Below, in pieces: positions 11,151 through 24,329 of a DNA stretch of 64,000 nucleotides (its first letter is position 1; every line of letters starts with the position of its first letter). The position numbers and the translations under genes are program-made. The notes below the pieces were generated by a model that was not told where the DNA came from, searched no databases, and saw only the letters and a list, made by a program, of their open reading frames with translations. The stretch covers positions 620,001 to 684,000 of the forward strand of contig NC_134031.1 of the NCBI RefSeq assembly GCF_964204645.1, read 5' to 3'. This stretch comes from Tubulanus polymorphus. Its lineage: Eukaryota; Animalia; Nemertea.

Positions 11151-13353
11151 GATGCAGATAAAGCGCTTGCGATCTGTGGAATTACGATTTGTCTCATCAA
11201 GCTGCGCGCTGCCCTCTCCCCCACTGTCCAACTAAACCTAACATTACGTTATTGTCACATTGCCAGTCTGTCTGCATACTAATGAAATCAATAGATAAAT
11301 CACCATGGTCAGTGCAGATGTCATGGTCAGGCGGGTAATAACGTAAGAACGATGTCTAATAGGCACGACCGAAATGTTGAGTGTCTCTTCAACTTTTTCA
11401 TCTGTACCCTGATGAGCAAGCGCTCAGGGATGTTTTGAATATTAAGACTGCTTGTTATTAGTGACAACAGCCTCAACGTCGCAGCCCCAACCTGAGCCTG
11501 CTATGGCTAACATTTCTGGTGCGCAGATCTATTGTTCGGGAATCCAAAGATTAACCCGGAAGTCATCTGTGATTGGCCGAACTGTAGCGCCAATCACGGA
11601 CCGAGTTACAGAAAACAGCGCCTCTCGCTATAGAGGGCGCTAGCTGACGGTTTGGTTTTCCTCGGGTGAATATTGTTATGCCCCGGTGCGATGCCTGACA
11701 TGATCCCCATCATGTTGTTCAGTTTCTGAATACGTATTTCAATCCTCTGAATTCTAATTCATATTAAAACAGACGCTGATCTGAGATTAAATATCAAGCA
11801 GATAATTCATTTGATTCGATCTTGTTGTCATTAATTCAAGGAGATAAATGACTGCAGTTTTTCAGGCGAATTCCCATAAAAGATGTTGTTTATAATGAAA
11901 TAAAATTGCAGGAATGCATGTTACTGATCTAAACGCGGCGCTGATAAACTACTTCTATTGAATTTATGATGGCATATAACAAATGATTCGTTGCATGGAG
12001 AGGGAGGGAGAGGGAGAGAGAGAGAGAGCTGGGAGGGGAGTTGTTATTCATATAGCTGGAAAAAGTAGAGGCCATTAATGTGATTTTTTTTCTATAAAGC
12101 TCCCAGGAGTCAGACAGCAGATGAGATAATTTGAAAAGAGGATTTATGATCGATAAATGAATAGAATTAATACTAAGAGCCGTTTTGCTCGATACCTGGG
12201 AAAAATCATTGTGAAGCTCCTGACTATGGGTTCGAGCCCCCAAAATGGGCGATTGGTTTAAAGATGAACAACTATGAACCGATCGATGCTAACATGACGT
12301 AACAGAGCGTCATGTTGGCCGTCACGCGCGAGCGGATAACCGAAGTAATAAGTCACGCAGTTGACGCCATTATGACGTACAAATAGTAATATACCTGTTA
12401 CTGGAAAATAGAAATACACGGAGTAGACACTAATATTGATATTTCAATTCAAACACTTTACTCCGATCTTCAAATAAGTTGAAATCCTTTTCGAAAACAT
12501 CAATAAAAAATTATCATTAATTGGTAGAAAGTTTTCATCGAACGAAATATAAATGAATCTGAAATTTGACGCGTTTTATTATTGGTTTTTGATGTTACTC
12601 GCGCGACGAGGAGGACAGGAGGATACGAAGGAGTGGTTTCACCTACAGGGTAAACTGCTAATGAACATATCGCGACCTGTCGTCGTTTTAAATTGCTACA
12701 AATCGAAAACTTATCGAAATTTCTAGAAAGATTAAACTTTTAAAATTGCATCGGATGACGATTCGAATTCGACAAAATGACCGCCAGTCTTTATTCTAAA
12801 CTACTCACGCAAAGAGAAGCTTCAAAACATGCGATCTGTTTCATGCGCAGCGAAATATTTCATTCTGTTTCTTATCGTAACTTTCTCATTTTCTTCAATA
12901 ACAAATATAGTTTACATTCGGATATTCGTACAATAAGAAATAACACAGATGATACGGAAGATAAAAACTATGATACCCTGAAACATCTTGTAAAAACATC
13001 AAGTATTTGTAGAATTGAATAGGATAGCTTATATATCTACTTGTTGGAAAATGGATCATTTCATGAGTTCATTCTCGAATAGCCAATCACTTCAATCATA
13101 AATAGCTCTCTGAGGTCCATGAAATACTTAATCGTCTTTTTAACATCTAAAAAAACTTAGCTCGGAATTCTAGTAGAAGGTGCGCTGTACGCGGATATTA
13201 TGGCTATTAGTTGAGTGTCACAAGTGTCACAAGTTATAAGAAATCGGTCTCAGGTCGCAGAAGATGACCTTAAACGTAGCAGCGGTCGTGAGGTGCTTGG
13301 ACGCCACACATTAATCCAATCAACAACGATAATTAATCATCTTTCATTGGGGT

Positions 13354-13356
13354 AGT

Positions 13357-13424
<68 letters not shown>

Positions 13425-13438
13425 CAGCAGCAGCAGCA
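13354..13438. repeat. (CAG)n microsatellite
   Basis: Direct reading; intronic. Confidence 0.95.
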
Positions 13439-14409
13439 ATGATAAGCTTGTATAAAACCGGAATCGCTAGCGCATTACCCACCTATCCCCCTTGACATAT
13501 TCTCTTAATGATCCATGTGTAGAAAATCATAAAATCTATGCGACTATGACCAGAGAAGATTAATGTAACTGATTACTGAGATAAACGACCAATACTAACA
13601 TCGAACTGAACTGAACTGAGCTGAGCTGAGCTGATACAATGAACGAACAGCATCAGTCTCCTAACTACATGTTATAAGCATTCACATATCTGAAATTGTA
13701 GTTGAATTACATAAGTATCACTTGAAATATTTCGTTTCAGGAGAAAAAAACAAATTTTTTGTGTTTCGAAATCGATTAACAAAATTCTAAATTTCAGACC
13801 CGGGAGGGAGCTGTAGTTACATGTTAAGTATTTGTTGAAATACAAACCTTTTAAGGACCTTTGAAAAATGTTCGAAAAACATAGAACGTTTCAGGCACTA
13901 GTGGGGTTTATAGTTACATACACGAGTGGGACTTCCAGTTACATACAGGGTCCACTCCTGGTTTTTTCCCCTGAATTTCCAATGCAAACCATAGCTAACA
14001 ATATTGAAAAAAAGTGTGATATTTTTCGCGAGAAATCTTTTAAGTCGATTAGAAACATTATAATCCAAAGGAACAAACAGGTGACGCCGAAATAAACAGG
14101 TGACGCCGAGTGAAACACCTGATAAGAAAAATCCTTTCTAAATTTCAAACCCGGATGAAAGAAGCGGCAGAAATTGTAACGACACGAATCGAAAATTCAA
14201 TTAGACTTTCTTCTTCAAAAGGTTGAATATTGAAGTAAAATGCAATTTTCAAATCATAGAAACCGAGAAGGGAAACTTCGTGTTTGAGTTTGGACGAAAT
14301 AAAACTTCGCTTCAGCGGACAAACCAAGGGAAGGCTGGAAATTGAATTTACGTTTCTAGAATATCATCATTGATGGCTGAGTGATGATTATAGCATTAGA
14401 GCCTGGATA

Positions 14410-14697
14410 TGTTTTTCCTTTTTAATTATTATCAATATCATTATTATTATTATTCCGACTCACTTCTCTTTTATATATTTTTTTCCTTTCCATTTTTACT
14501 TTAGTTTTTTGGTATTATTATCGTCTTCACTTTTTAAGGTGCCATCTTTTTCACAAGCTTCGGCTTTTTGGCATCCTCGTTTTAGTATTGAAATTATCTA
14601 TAACTCAGACTTTATGTAAATTATTTTTTTCTGTATATAACGTTTCTACGTTATATGTAATTTCAATGCATTCAGGAATAAAGAATATCATATCATA
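14410..14697 (+). mobile_element. Possible 3' tail of a non-LTR retrotransposon (CR1/L2-like)
   Basis: T-rich UTR-like tract, small AAGC-TTCG-GCTT hairpin, AATAAA followed by (ATATC)n tail; a similar layout lies on the minus strand at ~32895-33110 with a (TTGAAA)n tail. Confidence 0.3.
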
Positions 14698-17100
14698 CCG
14701 GCCATTATACCTGACATCAATGAATGCCAGCTAATTCACAAATCTTTTTATCAGAAATCATATTGAAAAATCCTCAATTTAAGAATTAAGAATTTCAGAT
14801 TTTGATTCTGAAAAGTGCGTACCGTTCAAGTTTCCAGTTTTTTCCCCGCCTCAATAATAAAGCCTACTTAAATCGAGATATTCTATACACAGCATTGTAT
14901 TGAACGGCAGGCGTCCAAAAGAGCCGAGAACTCGAACCTCTTAAAATCCCTTGAATAAAACACCGCGGTGTACACTTCACTGACGTCTGGTCTTGCACAT
15001 GAGTTGTTTTGTGATTTTTCGAAGTACAGCGAATCCGCTTACCGGATTTCACTTCAAACCAACAGGTGTTTAGGGAAACTTGCAGCGCACAAAAGCGGAT
15101 TTTCCAAATGTGAATTATGGCCACAACATAAAAACTACTGAGAAATGTATGAAATAAGCTGTTAATATGTGAAGGAGCATCATTTATTGCGGGTTTGGTC
15201 GATTAATCGTTTTCCCATTTTCTGATCGAACTTTCAGAAAAGTCAACTCAAAATGGCTGCCAGCTGAGTTTATAGGCACAGTTTCAGATATAACCTCACT
15301 TACCCAAAGGTCTGAGGTCTGAATTCAGGATAGAAAATATGGACGACTAATTCGTTTTCCTGCGCACGTCAGCGTGTATCGGGAGGCTATTCTACCATTG
15401 ATTTATGAAGTTCTCCAAACAATTAAAGAACTACAGAAACCAGGCTGATTACAAAATTGATCAAGTAAAGCTTCATTTCCGCCAATTATATAGATATACA
15501 TATAATCAATTTTGAGTAAATCTCACATCTGCAAGCCGGAAACACGTGTTTATCCGCCTCTCTTTCATCCTACACCGGAAGTGAATCGTATTGCGAGTCG
15601 ATGCACATTCGTTTGGGAAAAGCCTATGATACAAAATGAGCCCCTGAAATATCTGAAAACTTCAGAAACAAACTATCAAAAATATATATATATATTCATT
15701 CACACTCGATTTGATCTGATTTATTCAATGAAGTGGAATATTGTCACCACACCCTGCTGGATGTACGCTCCACTGACCTTCGACAGGCGCGCTGACAAAA
15801 TAGAATTTCCGGTGTCTTATGTCATGGAATTAATGGGTTATTGATTGTCAGTGTTGAGACAATGATTTATGACGTGACCCGTGTAGCGCAAAAACCGGTA
15901 AATAAAACCGATTATACTATAGACAATAATAGCCATTGATTGTCACAGAGATTGTCATATTGTATCTATCACTATTTAGGAGGGAAACTGGTGGCAAGAT
16001 GCACGCTGTCGGGTTCACCCATGGACTCTAAAACGAACAAGAAATAGTTTTTATAGAGTCCAGTGTTGGAAGTGTTTGTATCCGTCGCTCTACGAACGTG
16101 TGTGACATCGGACACTACAGTTCCCGGTGAAGCAGTCGTCTGAACCTGAATCTAACATCAGTCATATCTTAAGTCCGTAGCCGATCTGAAGACTAATCTT
16201 GAGACTGGACCCGGAGTTCAGAATTACGTAATACGACTGTTCAAACCTGCTGCTGATAGATAGAAAATACATGTATAAATGTTTGGTGTGTATCATTTGA
16301 CAAGCAATTTCTGTGATGCGCGAAATGTTAAAGGTTATCTATCTATATCTCTCTATATATATATGTAATAGCTCAATGCTCAGAGACCAATGACAAACAC
16401 AATTCGAGCCCGTAATAAATACCTGTTCACGGGGATTATCATCATCGATTTCCGATCAGTTGGACAATTTCTCGAGTAGCCGTTAACCGGTCTCGGCTTG
16501 ATGAAAATTGCATCCTCGAGTAATATTCGAGAGGTTCTCTAGCCGTTTTAGTCTGTGCGCAATCCTCCCGGTTATACGCGATAAATCATCCCAGCGAGAT
16601 ATCGCACTATTTCTTAAGATTCTAATCCACCGAACTGGCGGCGTATGAATACAATATTGCACTAATTTCACCTCTAGTAGGTATTGTTGGAGCAGTAATG
16701 TGGAGTAGTTACTGACGGACGATACGAGACTCTTAATAACGGTTTTGTTTCAGTAAATCATTTGATTAAGAGGCACTTAACGACGGTAGTATTGAGTATC
16801 AGTTTCTGTGTAATGCTTTCGTCGCTTGTTTTATAGGTTGTTATAACACGTGACAATGCGACAGTACGGAATCCAATATCATTCATTGAGTACAGAGTAT
16901 TATGCGCTGCTCACCTGCCCAGATACAATCAATTAATCCTTACTTTCATTGTGTATTAATTGAAAATTCTATTTCATTACGACCCAGTTCAAGAGATGTT
17001 GGTAAAGTTTGAAGATATAAGATAAGTCAATTTCAGATGTTTTGAGTCAAATCTAAACAGACAACAACTGTAGAACTGGATCCTTGACCTTGTTCTTCAC

Positions 17101-17240
17101 TGAAACAGGCCCAGGACCCGGCTCCGCGGTGAAATAGCCCCAGGACCCGGCTCCGCGGTGAAACAGCCCCAGGACCCGGCTCCGCGGTGAAACAGCCCCA
17201 GGACCCGGCTCCGCGATGAAACAGCCCCAGGACCAAGCTC
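17101..17240. repeat. Minisatellite, 29-bp unit TGAAACAGCCCCAGGACCCGGCTCCGCGG x ~4.5
   Basis: Direct tandem copies. Confidence 0.9.
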
Positions 17241-18841
17241 CACAGTTGTCTTTGAGAACACTTAAAAATATTCGACACAATTTCTGTTTCGTTTTACCGA
17301 CATTTTAGCGATAATCAAAAAACTATCTCGTACTAATTACCGACAAAGACAGTCTTGCATCCGATACATTAGATCAGTAAATCTGATTATGGAAGGTAAA
17401 TTGCTCAGGTAAGTGGGTTGTGACATCTTCACGCTTAATTGAAGTTTGAGATGTTGAATTGAAGATCAACACGAAACGCTTCTTGTAAACGTCTCAAAGA
17501 CGAGACGCGCCGCACGCGTGGTAGTTTTTAGAAGATTAATTCAATATTTCATCAGATAAGATTTTAATAACTGCTTCGAGTCAAACTAAAAGTCTTACAC
17601 CTAATTTTCCACAATTGCGATGTAAGTTTGAAATTACTTTATTTACGATGTTTCAACTTTCGAGCACTTATTCCGACAACACCGTGGGGTTGGATCCAGA
17701 AACTGGATCCATAACTGTGGAACTGATCCACAACTGTAGGGCTGGGCCCAGAACTGTAGATCTGGATTCAGAATCGTTGAACTGGACCCAGAAGTGTGGA
17801 GTTCGGTCATAGACAGTAGAACTGGTCACTGGGCCTTAGTGCATGGAGAATTTTAATTTTGTTTGACTGGAGGTGAATTGTTGGGTTATCCCCTCCCACT
17901 CCCCGGGTCACCAACTCCTCTCGGGAATATCTAAAGGTTATTGCCGCGGTTCACATTTATTGACTGATATTAAAAGCTCTAGAACTCGGCCAGTTTTTCA
18001 TCGAGTATTCGATTAATTCCCCGCGAAAACTCATATAAATTCACATTACATTCGCACTGATGATACTTAATGTTATTTCCACAGTAAAAACACCTGGTCG
18101 GTGATGAATACTCGAATGATCTCTGGTGGATTGATGAAATAAGCCTCCACAGTCTACTGATATTACTGCATGGCGATTAATCTACAATTTGAACTCAAAT
18201 AATATTTTGTTAAACGTCATACCGTTTCCTTCATCATCTAATTCTGGTATTGATGTACCCCCGAGAGGTTCTTCCAATTACTCTATCTTCAACTGAAGCT
18301 AGCTGGAGAAACCCAACAACTATAGGTGCCCGGAAGTGATGCACAACGTGAAATTCATAAAACAAACCCAACAATGATGCTGGTGCCCGAAGTCCCCAAT
18401 ATGTTTAACCGACCCTAACATCTCATCCAACAATTTTGGAACTGGATCAAGGGATTCAGATGCACCAGCGTCCAGTTCCACAGTTCTTGATCCAGTTCTA
18501 CAGTTCAGGGCCCAGTTCTACAGTTCTGGGTCCAGTTCCACAGCAGGATCCAGTTCCACAGTTCAGGACCCAGTTCCACAGCAAGATCTTGTTCCACAGT
18601 TCAGGACCCAGTTCAACAGCAGGATCCAGTTCCACAGTGTCTCGGTTAAGATTTAACTCCACAGATAAACAATAAATCATTCAATAATGAATTATATCTT
18701 ACAAGGGCTACAAATACCTTCTTGTTTAGAAAGTATTTCCAACAATCATCGGGGACACATTTGAGAGCGCGTTAGAAAATTAATTGCTTAAACATGCATT
18801 CATTCATTGAAACAGGTCGGTGCCAAGAAAATGTAACTCAC

Positions 18842-19269
18842 CTTTCGAGGCTCATCGCCACCAAATTCAGAATCGACGCGACGGCGGATAACATCTCGGA
18901 GAACGCCGATACTTTACACAGTACTTCACCCATAATAGAATGAGTGGTGAAATATCGTATCATCTCACACGGGACACAGATACCGAGAAATAACAAATCC
19001 GCGATCGCCAAACTCACCAGAAACAACGTCGTCACAGTTCGAGATTTCTTATCGCCCAGAATTACAAACACGACGATACCGTTTCCGATAATCCCAACTA
19101 GAAATGTTAATCCGTAGATTAGTATAGTCGGAATGAATATGGGTTCTTTAAGCCACGGTTTAGCGATGTTATCGATATCGCCATCGTAAAACACGTAGTC
19201 GTCGACTGTAGGATGAACGACGGACGTCTGACTCAAGTTAGAAATGTCGTAAGTTATTTCCTCCGACAT
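18842..19269 (-). CDS. Class A (rhodopsin-like) neuropeptide-type GPCR, coding exon 1 (N-terminus, TM1-TM3)
   Basis: ATG at 19269; NLS sequon; GN in TM1 (GIIGNGIV), LAIAD in TM2, LCK in TM3, ends SLE-AG|GTGAGT (phase 2), completing ERY with exon 2. Ligand family not assignable by eye. Confidence 0.95.
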
Positions 19270-19677
19270 TCTGATGTATCCACTTAGTTTTTACGCCGCA
19301 TTCGCCGGTTTCAAATCGATATATCGGGCTTTTCAAAAGTTCTATCGATATTCGTAGGAAGTAGTTTTCGATCGTCAGATCACGAGAATTCAAGTTCGAA
19401 TCTAAATCCACGAACCGTGTTTTTTGAGTAACCGTTCGTCGGAGTCGAACATTGTCATCGTTGCGGTATTTTTACACTGCAGGTTTTAGTGGAAGTCGAT
19501 TTCGTTCGTTTTATTGACGCGTGTTTTCTCTACGAGATGCAGATATTTCACTCGCGCGCGCGCAGACGACGGAAGCGACCGTGAACTCCGATTCCGGTAA
19601 GAGATGCCGAGTTTAAATCGCGACTGTTTAATCACCAGCGAGTGATTAATTATCTCTAGACAGGTGCGCGTCGTGTC

Positions 19678-19687
19678 GTGACGTCAC
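19678..19687. promoter_or_regulatory. CRE palindrome GTGACGTCAC in CpG-rich region upstream of the GPCR start
   Basis: Full TGACGTCA about 410 bp 5' of the ATG; function not demonstrated. Confidence 0.35.
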
Positions 19688-20836
19688 ACGAATGGAAAAT
19701 GATGCAGTTAAATGGTTGTCGTAGATCACGAGATTCTGCGATGAAATGTGCCCCGTGTAGAATCATCAACCGGTGGATTATTCAATGAAATCTCCCTGCG
19801 TTCGATCATTAACGCGAGGCAAATCGCTCTGAAATGGGATCAAAAAAACATTAATGATCGGTTAGATAGAAATTGTCTCAGCTTGTCCGTGACTGCCTGA
19901 GCCGCTATGGACCCATAATCATGACTTGGGTGGCATAAAGTCTCAGTTTCTCGTAGCCCGAGACATAACATCAACTACTATATTAGCATTTTAGAATTGA
20001 CACAATTTGGAATTCATCTTCTTGTTTGTGTAACAATAACTACTATGCAAGATGAAGTTTAACTATCAAACTATAAAAGACTTACTAATTAGCTCATTGT
20101 CATTCTCTTTGCTTCTACGTCAGAATTGACCGACGACAAGAACAACTTAAGGATTTGATCTGCGTATATACACATATACAAATGCGTCACGTTCATTTAG
20201 GGAGAACATGTTGTATTTCGAAGGTCTATCCCCGAGAGAACTTCACTCACATAGTTCTATCAAATGTCACCGAAACTTGTGTGAACAAATAAAAGTGAAA
20301 GGTGAAGCGCAGTCTAAGTATCAGGGGATGAACACGGGACGAATTTGCTGCATGTAATTACACTGTTATAGCCAGTCTTGTTACATGTTAGTTGTAATAA
20401 TTTCCGCCTCATAGACTTTCAAGGAAACCACGAGTGGCGATATGTTTAAAAAACTGATTTCCCTCGGTGATAACACTTGCCTAGATGGTCGACCGTTACA
20501 TTTGAAATGCACCAATCAACGAGTGGACTACGTGACTGGAGTCACTGATTGGATCAAACAATCGTCGGTTAAGATTTGAATAAAACCAAACACCGAGACT
20601 CGAATAGAAGCAGAGACCGCGCGGGCTGCATCGAGTTTAATATTTAATACATGATTTATGAGCCAAATTAGTTCATTTTCAGTAATTATCGAGACAGGTT
20701 CATCCGACTTTCGAACCGCAGACCATCGACGCGTAACAACCAGATGCGCCCAGTTACATTCCAAACTGTACTATAATGATAAAGAATGAGACACTGCTGC
20801 CAGAAGGGAACGGGTTTAAAAAAAAAGATAATGCCA

Positions 20837-21130
20837 TGTAAGTCAGCCTAGTTCATGAATGAGGAAGCAAAATTGGCGCCGACCATACTCGTAACCCTAA
20901 TCGTAGCTCGGCCGTAACCCTAACCCTAGCAGGAATCGAACCTCCGACCTTCTGTATGCCAGCCGAACATGCTAACCACCAGACCACACACCTGTGGTGA
21001 CTGACTCAGCGGGTTGGTAGGTTTGTGTGGTCAGTGTGGGTGACTGGTGACCGGTCAGGTGTGGGTGACTGGTGACCGGTCAGGTGTGGGTGACTGGTGA
21101 CCAGTCTAGCGAGGAACAATACCCGTTACA
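20837..21130 (-). mobile_element. TGTAA...TTACA element with tRNA-like Pol III A/B boxes (solo LTR of TRIM or SINE-like); relatives at 30998-31270 (-) and 46666-47135 (+)
   Basis: Minus strand: TGTAAC start, CACCTGACCGGTCACCAGTC repeats, A box TGGTCTGGTGG (20976-20986), B box GGTTCGATTCC (20932-20942), end GACTTACA. Confidence 0.5.
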
Positions 21131-22067
21131 TATCATTCATTCTCTGTTTACAAAGAGAGTTTATCTTAGATAACCGCGTTAAACAAGTGAATATCAAATC
21201 ATGTATCGTGTTACACAGTGTGGTATTTCACGTACACAGAATCTTCGTGTTTTATGTTTCAATCAAAATATAATGATGTATAGTATTCACCGGTGATCTG
21301 TTTGCGGTGCACACACAACAACTACCCGCCTGATTGGAGAAAACATCCGTACAAAAAATACACGAGAAAAGAAAATGATTTGAATTTATCAATGCGCGAT
21401 GTTGCGTGCTACGAATGTTCTAGGTGTTGGATATCTCTAGGAGATGATGTGTGGTCACGGCGCGGGGTATAGGGACCGCGCTGGGTTGTGGGCAGTCACC
21501 CGCGCGAGTGGTGACCGGGTGTGTGTAAGTCAAGGGTGAGCCTCTCTCTCGCTCTCACTCTCACACTCTCTCGCTTCTAAAGCGATGATTGATCGAGTTT
21601 TCCAATGATTGAACGCCCTCTCAAGAGACTTTAGATCGAGAGACTAAACAAATTTCTCGATATTTTCTCGAAGCTGCTTATAAATCTTTTTATTTCTCTT
21701 CATTTCCAATTTATCTGTGCATTAAATAAGGGGCACCGGGTAAACAGATTGAGATGAAATTCTTTTTTTAAGCCTGGAAATCGGAAAATACCGATGACAG
21801 ATCCGTAATAATCGAAACTGATCGAAATTAAGAACAAAAATAACCTCATACATATTTTGTTACCTAACACAATTAATGCTCGCTTACCAGGGCTTGATTT
21901 GCTGCTAACTAAGTACACACGATATAATGATACCGTTGAGAGACAATCGGACCCTGGCAAGCGATGATGATGATGTTGACTAGATATGTAGCGGTAAAGG
22001 TACCGGAAGTGAAGCTGTTCCTATACCGCTACATGGCCCAAGTATAGAATACAAGGTAATAGTGCGA

Positions 22068-22630
22068 GGGTGACTTGTTGACTTGATGACAGGTCAACTG
22101 GTCGACTGGCTGACTGGGTGACAGGCCAACTGGTCGACTGGATGACTGGATGACAGGTCAACTGGTCGACTGGTTGACTGGATGACTGGATGACTGGCCA
22201 ACTTGTTGACTGGATTACAGACCAACTTGTTGAATGGATGAAACAGACCAACTTGTTGACTGGATGACAGACCAACTTGTTGACTGGATGACAAACCAAC
22301 TTGTTGACTGGATTACAGACCAACTTGTTGACTGGATGACAGACCAAATTGTTGACTGGATGACAGGCCGACTGGTCGACTGGATGACAGGTCGACTGGT
22401 CGACTGTACGACTGGATTGCAGGCCAACTTGTTGACTGGAGGACAGTTCGACTGGTCGACTGGATGACAGGTCGACTGGATGACAGGTCGACTATGTCGA
22501 CTGGATGACATGATGACAGGTTGACTGGCTGACTGGATGACAGGTCGACTGGATGACAGGTCGACTGGTCGACTGGATGACAGGATGACAGGTCGACTGG
22601 TCGACTGGAGGACAGGTCGACTGGATGACC
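22068..22630. repeat. Complex satellite of GACTGGTCGACTGGATGACAGG-type units; shorter homologue at ~28480-28715
   Basis: Short-period degenerate repeats forming the left end of the segmental duplication. Confidence 0.9.
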
Positions 22631-22858
22631 GGTTGTCCATATATCCAGTCGTATGTATTAATATAACACAGAACCAACCGTTAATTTCTGAATTAATTCA
22701 CAGAGCAAACATTAAGAAGCTACGAAAATTGTTTTTTGCTTCAATGTTTGATATCTGTCACTTAAACTGGATTCAATTTCCTGTCATCGACCCAAACTGA
22801 ACAAACTAACAATTTACATTGTCATATCCAGTTACAAGCGAAGCGTTTGAAATCTTTC

Positions 22859-22925
22859 TATAAAATATGTCCTGAAAAGGATGACTTCACAGCTGAAATT
22901 CGCCAGTTCTCTCGAACACGTAAGT
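22859..22925 (+). promoter_or_regulatory. TATA box, initiator-like TCAC ~30 bp downstream, and GTAAGT donor (putative short non-coding first exon); conserved in copy 2 at 28934-29000
   Basis: TATAAAA 22859-22865; TTCACAG ~22886-22892; AACAC|GTAAGT at 22919/22920. Confidence 0.4.
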
Positions 22926-23448
22926 ACGCATTTTTCCATAGATTTCATTTGCTCCATTGCAAAAGACCAGAAGAGGCGCAGCACGACGGTCACGAGAAGC
23001 GTGGATTTATGTTACTGCGCCGTGTGATCTAGGCTTCAGGAACCCATAACCTATCCGACTCTGGTATCACACGTTACTAACATCGTATCATTATACTTTA
23101 TAGGTTCAAACGCTGCATTATTGACAATGATTTGTAAGTTCTAATTTTTGCATTTCTAAATTGTGTCATTTTAAATTCATCATTTTCAGTTTATTATAAT
23201 TTCTCGGTTGTAGTATTGAGTGCTAGTTTCTGATCGAATAATCATTTTCAAATTTCGGTTATTGCCAATTCGTGGAAAAACTTTACTGAGAGCCTTAGTG
23301 TCAGAGGGTAATCGCTCAATCGCGACCACGGGCTCACACGAGGTATACGGAGTCCCGCGAACCGGACACTCTCCGGACCGCGGACCGGACACTCTCAGGA
23401 CTAGCCGAAGAAAGAATTAATTTCCAGTGAAATACTTAATGAATATCG

Positions 23449-23643
23449 ATGAATCTGTATTCATATATCTCTATAGGTGAGTTGTATAGATTTGCGGTTC
23501 CACTGTGTGGAATATTTGTGTCTATTTGGGCCCTGGCTTCTGCCGAGGAAGAAAATGAAAACAAGCTGAGTGATGAGGCTTTGATGAGATCAATCCGCCG
23601 GTGCCTCAGTTCTGGTACTCAGTGCAGCGGCAACAACAGTTAA
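23449..23643 (+). CDS. Candidate secreted prepropeptide (signal, acidic spacer, RR, C-x6-C peptide), copy 1
   Basis: FAVPLCGIFVSIWAL-ASA | EEENENKLSDEALMRSI-RR | CLSSGTQCSGNNS; ORF intact in both duplicate copies. Confidence 0.35.
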   Translation: MNLYSYISIGELYRFAVPLCGIFVSIWALASAEEENENKLSDEALMRSIRRCLSSGTQCSGNNS

Positions 23644-23852
23644 ACACAACCATGTTTGAAAAATACCACAGACTTCTTTTCTTTATCTTATTTGTCTCAT
23701 TATTTCTTTCGTTAAAAGGTATAATTTTCTGTACTGTGACTAAAAATTAGAAAATACGATTTCGTTTTACTTCAAGTTTATTGTTTGTGTGATTCACTTG
23801 GAGAAACAAGTTACACCTCGAATTAAAACGTTTCTATCTGTTTCTAAAATAT

Positions 23853-24110
23853 CAGGATCCAGTTCCACAGTTCAGGACCCAGTTCCACAGTTCAGGACCC
23901 AGTTCCACAGTTCAGGACCCAGTTCCACAGTTTAGGACCCAGTTCCACAGTTCAGGATCCAGTTCCACAGTTTAGGACCCAGTTCCACAGTTCAGGACCC
24001 AGTTCCACAGTTCAGGACCCAGTTCCACAGTTCAGGACCCAGTTCCACAGTTCAGGACCCAGTTCCACAGTTCAGGACCCAGTTCCACAGTTCAGGATCC
24101 AGTTCCACAG
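23853..24110. repeat. 20-bp tandem CCAGTTCCACAGTTCAGGAC x ~12; related arrays at ~18470-18640 and ~30565-30980
   Basis: Unit equals the terminus of the GGATCCAGTTCCACAGTT MITE family. Confidence 0.9.
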
Positions 24111-24251
24111 CACTGGGGTCACTGGGGTCACAGTTCTGAATTCGGTTTTACACTCGTTCGTTAGAATTAGTTTAAATGAGGTGAATTTACAATAAACGTG
24201 GAATTTGAGTACCGTAAACCTGTGGAACTGACCGCAGTTCTCAGTTTTAGA

Positions 24252-24253
<2 letters not shown>

Positions 24254-24326
<73 letters not shown>

Positions 24327-24329
24327 ATG
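24254..24329. repeat. Compound (CTG)n(ATG)n microsatellite
   Basis: Direct reading. Confidence 0.95.

Larger units (their letters stand above)
22630..24230 (+). repeat. Direct segmental duplication, copy 1 (copy 2 at ~28710-30056, offset ~6 kb)
   Basis: Colinear, long identical stretches; copy 2 lacks ~100 bp around 23680-23766 and has a collapsed 20-bp array. Confidence 0.9.

Noticed and set aside
10097-11231. 375-aa and 354-aa ORFs
   Set aside because: Translations of a pyrimidine-strand satellite inside the GPCR intron
11408-11429. CTGATGAG hammerhead-like start
   Set aside because: No GAAA half-core after the stem; simple hairpin only
20925-20990. Functional tRNA gene (also 47025-47095)
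   Set aside because: A/B boxes present, but acceptor and anticodon stems do not pair properly; treated as repeat-derived
22021-22800. Multiple overlapping repetitive ORFs (also 28429-28783, 30501-30900, 46634-46885)
   Set aside because: All derive from minisatellites
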